The notes below the pieces were generated by a model. The model was given only the letters and a program-made list of their open reading frames with translations. It searched no databases and was not told the DNA's origin. Below are positions 7,427-12,492 of a DNA stretch of 12,492 nucleotides, one piece after another; within the stretch, counting starts at the first letter, position 1; each line of letters opens with the position of its first letter. This DNA comes from an uncultured Methanosarcinales archaeon (GTDB taxonomy: Archaea > Nanobdellota > Nanobdellia > Woesearchaeales > JAADFO01), in contig CAYVGP010000011.1 in NCBI GenBank assembly GCA_964451135.1, forward strand, positions 1 to 12,492, written 5' to 3'. The translations under genes were made by a program, and so were the position numbers.

Positions 7427-8193
7427 TTATGGAACTCAGGCAGAACATACTGAAGTCCCTTGACAAGGGATTCAGGATAGACGGAAGGAAGTTTGACGAG
7501 TACCGCGACATAAGTGTTGAGTACGGCATATCGCAGAACGCAGAGGGCTCTGCAAGGGTCAGGATAGGAAAGACAGAGGTTGTCGCAGGAGTGAAGATGC
7601 TCGTTGACAAGCCCTACCCGGACAAGCCGGACGAGGGCTCATTGATGATAGGCGCAGAGCTTTTGCCCTTGTCAAACCCGGAGTTTGAGCTTGGACCCCC
7701 GGGAATATGGGCTATTGAGATAGCAAGGGTTGTTGACAGGGGAATAAGGGAATCAAACGCGATTGACACAAAGAAGCTCTGCATAGAGGCAGGGGAGAAG
7801 GTGTGGATAGTCTCAGTTGACATATGCACCATAAACGACGAGGGAAACCTGCTTGACGCCTCAGCGCTGGCGACCCTCGCGGCCATCAAAAACGCAGTTT
7901 TCCCTGCCTTTGACGGCAACGCTGTTGACTACAAAACGAAAACAGACAAAAAGATACCCCTCGTCAAGGAGCCCATAGAGGTCACGGTGGTGAAGATAGG
8001 CAAGCACTTCATCGTTGACCCCACAACAGAGGAGGAAAACGCGCTTGACGCAAGGCTCACAGTCGCCTCAACTGAGGATGGAAAGATATGCGCGCTGCAG
8101 AAGGGCGGAGACGAAACCCTGAGCAGCGAGGAGATTTTCAGGATGATTGACATAGCGCTGGACAGGGCGAAGCTCCTGCGCTCAAAGCTGTAG
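7423..8193 (+). CDS. rrp42: Exosome subunit Rrp42 (RNase PH family)
   Basis: GFRIDGRKFDEYRDISVEYGI, GSARVRIGKTEVVAGVKM, ELLPLSNPEFELGPPGIWAIEIARVVDRGIRES, KLCIEAGEKVWIVSVDICTINDEGNLLDASALA. ATGA overlap with rrp41. Confidence 0.96.
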   Translation: MIMELRQNILKSLDKGFRIDGRKFDEYRDISVEYGISQNAEGSARVRIGKTEVVAGVKMLVDKPYPDKPDEGSLMIGAELLPLSNPEFELGPPGIWAIEIARVVDRGIRESNAIDTKKLCIEAGEKVWIVSVDICTINDEGNLLDASALATLAAIKNAVFPAFDGNAVDYKTKTDKKIPLVKEPIEVTVVKIGKHFIVDPTTEEENALDARLTVASTEDGKICALQKGGDETLSSEEIFRMIDIALDRAKLLRSKL

Positions 8194-8202
8194 GGTGAGC
8201 AC

Positions 8203-8430
8203 ATGGAAGAATACACGAAGTACGAAAAAGCGAGGATTCTCGGCAGCAGGGCGCTCCAGATAGCAATGGGCGCTCCTTTCCTTGTCAAGATAACAGAGGA
8301 GGAGCTTGAGAGAATCAGGTACAACCCCATAGAGATAGCCAAGATAGAGTTTGAGAAAGGGGTAATACCAATAACAGTCAAGAGGCCGTTCCCCCACGAG
8401 CTCCACCCCCCGCTGGAAAAGAGCGAATGA
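8203..8430 (+). CDS. rpoK: DNA-directed RNA polymerase subunit K (Rpb6/omega homologue)
   Basis: [25 protein letters not shown]...[23 protein letters not shown], the archaeal RpoK signature. GGTGA precedes ATG 8203. Confidence 0.95.
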   Translation: MEEYTKYEKARILGSRALQIAMGAPFLVKITEEELERIRYNPIEIAKIEFEKGVIPITVKRPFPHELHPPLEKSE

Positions 8431-8723
8431 GAGGCAGCAAAACAGAGCTCACCGAAAAGCTGAAAAAGTACTTTGAGGTAACAGGGAGGGCCCTTGAGAA
8501 GGTCAGGATTTCTGAGAAAAGGGAGTTCTCATGGGAAGAGAAGGCAAAGGACTTCCTTGACATGGCAAGAAGGTACTACCAGGACGCAAAGTACTTTGCT
8601 GAAAAAGGAGAGGAGCTCACAGCCTTCGCAGCCCTGAACTACGCCCACGGCTGGCTGGACGCCGGGGCAAGGCTCGGCTTGTTTGACGTGGAAGGGGACA
8701 GCAAGCTGTTCACTGTGGACTGA
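8427..8723 (+). CDS. DUF357-family archaeal protein
   Basis: [41 protein letters not shown] matches the DUF357 pattern; ATGA overlap with rpoK. Confidence 0.85.
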   Translation: MRGSKTELTEKLKKYFEVTGRALEKVRISEKREFSWEEKAKDFLDMARRYYQDAKYFAEKGEELTAFAALNYAHGWLDAGARLGLFDVEGDSKLFTVD

Positions 8724-8752
8724 TTTCTCTGAGAAAAAGCCACTGGAGCCTC

Positions 8753-9751
8753 CTAGTCCTTCTCGTACTTGGGGTAGGTGCCGGGCTTCATGAAGACCTT
8801 GTGGGTTGAGACAGCAATACCCCTCTCTTCTGATATCATTCTCCTGCTCGTCACCCTCGCTGTCCCAAGAGCAACAAGCTCGTTCTTGAGCGTCATCACA
8901 GCAACAGTCTCGCCCTCCTGTATGTCTGACTCAACCCTTGAAATGCCCCTCACAGCCAGCTTTGCGCCGTGACAGATAGGGTCAACAGTGGTGTCAAGCA
9001 CCCACACCTTCGGAAGGTGGGCCACAGCAGCCTCAACAGGCTGAACAAGGCTTCTCAGATACTTGTCATTGCCCTGGCTAGAATAATAGTAGTAGGCGTC
9101 AGTGAGTTCCTGAAGCGTGCAGAGAGTGTCCTCCTTGAAGGGGCCAGCCTTGGTTCTCCTGAGCTGGTGCATATGCGCCCCCACTCCCAGATGAAGACCT
9201 ATGTCATGAACCAGCTTTCTTATGTAGGTGCCTGCCTGCGTCCCAACCCTGAAAAGAACGTCCTGCTCTGCCATGTCAAGAAGCTCAATGTAATAAACGT
9301 TCCTGTACCTAAGCCGCCTCTTGACAGCGCTTTTCTTGGGCGGAAGCTGCCTTATCCTGCCGGTGAATGCCTTGAAGGCGGCCAGCACCTTCTCTTTCGG
9401 AACCTGCTTGTGGAGGTGCATAAGGCACACGTACTCCTTTCCTGCTGTGAGCAATGCCTGCACAATCCTTGTTGCCTTCCCCAGAGCAACAGGTAGGACT
9501 CCTGTGACCTTGGGGTCAAGGGTGCCTGAGTGCCCGCCCTTCTCAATCCCAAGGATTGCCTGCACATAGGCAGAGACCTGGTGGGAGGAGGGTCCTGAGG
9601 GCTTGTCAATGTTTACGATGCCGTAATTAAGCAGCTCTTCTGTTGGGCGCAGCTCAGGGGAGCAGCCGAACTTGGGGCTTGTCTCTGCCTCCTCCCTCAC
9701 AAGCACCTTCCTCTTCAGCTTCTCAAATGGAAGAAGGTTCTCTGTTTCCAT
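8753..9751 (-). CDS. cbf5: tRNA/rRNA pseudouridine synthase Cbf5 (TruB family, C-terminal PUA domain)
   Basis: GIVNIDKPSGPSSHQVSAYV, GGHSGTLDPKVTGVLPVALGKATR, QLPPKKSAVKRRLRYR, RVGTQAGTYIRKLVHDIGLHLGVGAHMHQLRRTKAGPF, PUA-like tail VAVMTLKNELVALGTARV. Confidence 0.97.
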   Translation of the reverse strand: METENLLPFEKLKRKVLVREEAETSPKFGCSPELRPTEELLNYGIVNIDKPSGPSSHQVSAYVQAILGIEKGGHSGTLDPKVTGVLPVALGKATRIVQALLTAGKEYVCLMHLHKQVPKEKVLAAFKAFTGRIRQLPPKKSAVKRRLRYRNVYYIELLDMAEQDVLFRVGTQAGTYIRKLVHDIGLHLGVGAHMHQLRRTKAGPFKEDTLCTLQELTDAYYYYSSQGNDKYLRSLVQPVEAAVAHLPKVWVLDTTVDPICHGAKLAVRGISRVESDIQEGETVAVMTLKNELVALGTARVTSRRMISEERGIAVSTHKVFMKPGTYPKYEKD

Positions 9752-9773
9752 GAAGCAAGGTATTGGCAGGGGG

Positions 9774-9783
9774 TTTAAAAATA
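9774..9783 (-). promoter_or_regulatory. Putative TATA box of cbf5
   Basis: Minus-strand ATATTTTTAAACCCC, centred about 27 nt from ATG 9751; no GGTG-type RBS between. Confidence 0.45.
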
Positions 9784-9814
9784 TTGGCGTTGGGAAGAGT
9801 GTATCAGGGCTTCC

Positions 9815-10372
9815 TCAGAAGCGCTCTGACCTCATGCCGAGAGAGAATGCAGCGTTGTTCACAATGAGGTGGAGAACAGGGAAAAGAAGGAAAATCATGG
9901 CAAGATGCGGCAGGGGCGGCACAAAAACAGGGGACAAAAAAAGCACGCTCCCAAGAATCCAGTCAAGATAGTCAAATGGAATCCAGGCCTTCCCGGGCTT
10001 TATCCCCCTTCTTCTCTTGAAAAAGCTCTCCGCGGAGTCCCCAACCAGCGCCCCGAACCCCAGCAGAAAGCCTATGAGGAGCGGGCTGTGGGAGGAATAG
10101 TCTATTATGCTGAGAGACCTCAGAAGCGGAGAGACCTCAAACAGGATTCTCTGGGCATAAGCAAAAAGAACCCCGAAAAGAACCCCGAAAAGCAGCCCCC
10201 TGAAGGTTTTGTGGCTCCCCAGCACCCTCTTCCCCCTCCATTTCATGCCCAAGTCAAGGGGAACTGCAAGCGGCTTGAAAAGGTTCTTGAAGATGTCAGG
10301 AGCCATGTTGGCAGCGTAGGCAGGAAGCATCAGCCACAGGGACTCTGCAAAAATTCTGAAAAAGTCCGCCAT
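9815..10372 (-). CDS. carS: CDP-archaeol synthase (CarS/DUF46-like)
   Basis: MLPAYAANMAPDIFKNL, LDLGMKWRGKRVLGSHKTFRGLLFG, GFLLGFGALVGDSAESFFKRRRGIKPGKAWIPFDYLDWILG are the conserved CarS motifs. Confidence 0.9.
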   Translation of the reverse strand: MADFFRIFAESLWLMLPAYAANMAPDIFKNLFKPLAVPLDLGMKWRGKRVLGSHKTFRGLLFGVLFGVLFAYAQRILFEVSPLLRSLSIIDYSSHSPLLIGFLLGFGALVGDSAESFFKRRRGIKPGKAWIPFDYLDWILGSVLFLSPVFVPPLPHLAMIFLLFPVLHLIVNNAAFSLGMRSERF

Positions 10373-10374
10373 CG

Positions 10375-10935
10375 CTATCCCCCTGCCCTGAGAAGAGACT
10401 TTTTGCCCTCTCTGAAGTCAATTATTAGGAGCTGGGCCATAAAGCCAAGCAGGTTGATGAAAAAAATGAGGGAGAACACGAATCCAAAGCCAAGAAAGGG
10501 CGCAAGGAAGAGCGTCCACCTCTTGAAGCCGGGATCAAACCTCGCGCGTTTCCTCAGCGAGGTCACAAGAAGAATTGCGAAGTAGGCGAGGGCAGCTGCC
10601 TTCAGCGATGCGTAGCCGGAAATGACAAGGGCAACGAAAATCAGAAGCTCGCCTGACCTGTCAAAAAAGGTGTCAGTCAGTTCCCCTCTCAGAGAAGCGA
10701 GGCCGAACATTCTTGCAATCACCCCGTCAATTCCGTCAAACAAAAGAGAGAGCGCGAGAAACAGGTATGCAAAAGAAAAGTTCTTTGCGTAAAAGAAGAA
10801 AGCAGAGACTGCGCATGAAATAAAATGCATTGCAGAAACAGTGTCAGGGCCGAGGCCTAGATATTTGTGCATGAACCTTGCTGCACGAGAAAATGCCCTG
10901 TCCGCAGGTCTTGTCAGAAAATCAGGAAGATACAT
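10375..10935 (-). CDS. CDP-alcohol phosphatidyltransferase family protein
   Basis: FDGIDGVIARMFGLASLRGELTDTFFDR matches D-x2-D-G-x2-A-R-x8-G-x3-D-x3-D exactly. Start 10935 (MYLPDFL) is preferred over the track's 10965. Confidence 0.9.
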   Translation of the reverse strand: MYLPDFLTRPADRAFSRAARFMHKYLGLGPDTVSAMHFISCAVSAFFFYAKNFSFAYLFLALSLLFDGIDGVIARMFGLASLRGELTDTFFDRSGELLIFVALVISGYASLKAAALAYFAILLVTSLRKRARFDPGFKRWTLFLAPFLGFGFVFSLIFFINLLGFMAQLLIIDFREGKKSLLRAGG

Positions 10936-11333
10936 AGCACCACCGTTAATCCTATCTGAAGCCACCTGTCCTTTTTCAGCCTCATGGCTCCTTTCATTTT
11001 AAGGTTGGAGTAGGGGAAGAACGGCCTTTTTGAGTAGCTCATCAGGTAGTCCAGAAGCAGGTGAAGGGAAAAGAAGATTACGGGCACAAAGGAGCTGAGG
11101 TAAATGCTCAAAGGAGCCACCCACAAAAGGGATATTGGCTCCTGAAGAGGGGTGCGCCAGTTGAGATGCCTCTTTCTCTTGGATTTCGGAAGGGAAAAGT
11201 AAAGTGGAAGCTTCAAGAGATGGTCAATGTCCACACCAACACCGAAAACAAGGGCAATGAGAAGGTCAGAGGAGTTAAGGGACATTGCCTTGGCAAGCAC
11301 AAGAACAGCAACTATGTGCGTGAAGATGTTCAT
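10914..11333 (-). CDS. Membrane protein resembling YdjM/DUF457-type putative metal-dependent hydrolases
   Basis: MNIFTHIVAVLVLAKAMSLNSSDLLIALVFGVGVDIDHLL...HLNWRTPLQEPISLLW...HLLLDYLM; hydrophobic segments with H, DIDH and HxxxD motifs. ATG 11333 has a TATA-like element 26 nt upstream. Confidence 0.6.
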   Translation of the reverse strand: MNIFTHIVAVLVLAKAMSLNSSDLLIALVFGVGVDIDHLLKLPLYFSLPKSKRKRHLNWRTPLQEPISLLWVAPLSIYLSSFVPVIFFSLHLLLDYLMSYSKRPFFPYSNLKMKGAMRLKKDRWLQIGLTVVLCIFLIF

Positions 11334-11355
11334 AGAGTTGTGAGTTTCAGGGATG

Positions 11356-11362
11356 TTTAAAT
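11356..11362 (-). promoter_or_regulatory. Putative TATA box for the lipid/membrane gene cluster
   Basis: Minus-strand AATAATTTAAACATCC, centred about 26 nt from ATG 11333. Confidence 0.45.
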
Positions 11363-11499
11363 TATTTGCGCAAGCCAAGAGGGCATCTGGGAAAGAACTC
11401 ATAGAACAGCCAAAAAGCCGAAGCACTGCACCGAATGCCCAGCAGGAAAAGCCAGGCGTTCAAGTGATTTCAGAGTAGCCAAGATGAATTCCAAAAGAA

Positions 11500-12492
11500 T
11501 CAAGCTGCCCCCTGCGAGTGTGAAGAGCCGCTTCCCGAGCCGCCGCCAGATCTCGGTTGAGGGGCTGGAGCAGTTCCGCCTGCACCTCCCCCTGAGCCGA
11601 CATTCACCGTCGCGTTATGCACTTCCTCAACAGTTATAGTGTAAGGCGTGGTAATCCCATTAGAAATCCGGAAGCTGTTTACAGTTGGAGCCTCAATCCT
11701 TATATCGCTAGTACCTGCCTGAATGGCATTGAATGTGAGGCTGACAGCTGGCTTGGTTCCGCTGATCGCATTGTTTGAATCCAGAACAGCACACGCAATC
11801 TCGTATCTTCCTTCTGATCTTTTCTGTTTCAGGCAGAAGAAGGAACCGTCTGCAACAGAAGGCATAGAAGGCTTGGCTGTTGAAACAATCTGAACAACTG
11901 AGGAGTCAAAAGTTATAATCGGGTTCAGACCCACAACATTATTCAGGTTTGCAGAATAGATAACAACATTGAATGTTTCCCCTGCAGAGAGTGTTGTTTT
12001 GGACGGCACAACCCAGAGGCTTGGCTTGGTGTCGCAGGCAGGGCTCTGGCACGCGCAAGCTGGGCAAGGACCCCCGCAGTCAATTCCTGTTTCACCCTGG
12101 TTCTGCACACCATCAGAGCAGGTCGGCGTCTCCTGGGTTCCTCCGCCTCCCCCTGCCTGGTTGCACTGCTGCTCCGAGCAGTCGCCGTTCTCAATGCAGT
12201 TGCAGTCCACATCAGGGTCGCAAACCCCGTCATCGCAGGGTATCCAGCCAACGCATGCTCCATCCACACAACTGAAGCCGCACTCCTCTGTTTTTTCTAT
12301 TCCGTTCTCGCAGTAAATCCTTGTTGAGCCGTTGCAGGCGGATGCGCCCTCCTGGCATGCCTCGGTAATTGTGAATTCCTGGGTGAAGATGTAGTACTTG
12401 GAGAGGTCCCATTGCATTTTTTTGATGTTAAGCCTGTACGCTGAAAGGGATATTGTGTGCTTGCCAGGAGACAGGCCAGCAATGGTAAGGAC
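11500..12492 (-). CDS. Secreted/surface protein with Cys-rich region and cohesin-like domain, 5'-truncated at window edge
   Basis: The frame stays open past the track's Met at 12417 to the edge (VLTIAGLSPGKHTISLSAYRLNIKKMQWDLSKYYIFTQ...). CSDGVQNQGETGIDCGGPCPAC motif; cohesin-like SLWVVPSKTTLSAGETFNVVIYSANLNNVVGLNPIITFDSSVVQIVST...AVSLTFNAIQAGTSDIRI; Gly/Ser-rich C-terminus. Confidence 0.75.
   Translation of the reverse strand, partial: VLTIAGLSPGKHTISLSAYRLNIKKMQWDLSKYYIFTQEFTITEACQEGASACNGSTRIYCENGIEKTEECGFSCVDGACVGWIPCDDGVCDPDVDCNCIENGDCSEQQCNQAGGGGGTQETPTCSDGVQNQGETGIDCGGPCPACACQSPACDTKPSLWVVPSKTTLSAGETFNVVIYSANLNNVVGLNPIITFDSSVVQIVSTAKPSMPSVADGSFFCLKQKRSEGRYEIACAVLDSNNAISGTKPAVSLTFNAIQAGTSDIRIEAPTVNSFRISNGITTPYTITVEEVHNATVNVGSGGGAGGTAPAPQPRSGGGSGSGSSHSQGAA

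Noticed and set aside
8969-9569. Several ORFs on both strands overlapping cbf5 (175, 82, 85 aa)
   Set aside because: Alternative frames of a strongly supported Cbf5 coding sequence with no recognisable motifs.
9869-10585. 238-aa plus-strand ORF (MENREKKENHGKMRQGRHKNRGQ...)
   Set aside because: It lies antisense across the well-supported carS and CDP-alcohol phosphatidyltransferase genes. The composition (Arg/Pro/Gln-rich) is typical of the complement of membrane-protein coding sequence.
11943-12316. ORFs of 108, 115 and 100 aa within the cohesin-like gene
   Set aside because: Shadow frames caused by Cys/Gly/Pro-rich coding on the minus strand.
1-12492. Search for CRISPR repeats, toxin-antitoxin, transposase or phage/defence genes
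   Set aside because: None seen. The RHH domain at 982 belongs to a fused biosynthetic enzyme coupled to manB, not to a small antitoxin gene next to a toxin.

Overview
Archaeal chromosomal segment, mostly ordinary housekeeping genes. Left to right: a partial class I fructose-1,6-bisphosphatase (-), missing from the supplied ORF track; a two-gene sugar-nucleotide operon (+) made of an RHH/CopG-fused nucleotidyltransferase and a phosphomannomutase/phosphoglucomutase; an unrecognised, more AT-rich ORF (-); the archaeal exosome/proteasome superoperon (+) with rnp2/Pop5, psmA, SBDS, rrp4, rrp41, rrp42, then rpoK and a DUF357 protein; Cbf5/TruB (-); a membrane cluster (-) with a YdjM/DUF457-like protein, a CDP-alcohol phosphatidyltransferase and a CarS-like CDP-archaeol synthase; and a partial Cys-rich, cohesin-like surface protein (-) running off the right edge. 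No CRISPR array, rRNA, tRNA, transposase or recognisable defence system was seen. The observations most worth following up are: (i) an N-terminal ribbon-helix-helix domain fused to a sugar-1-phosphate nucleotidyltransferase, with a tandem 10-bp repeat next to its promoter; (ii) a likely non-canonical ATT start for rnp2; (iii) a recurring layout in which a TATA element lies about 26-27 nt from the start codon, suggesting leaderless transcripts and revising two ORF starts; (iv) a duplicated 21-bp TATA-containing unit upstream of fbp; (v) an archaeal cohesin-module surface protein; (vi) an orphan ORF divergent from the exosome operon with a possibly coupled small ORF.
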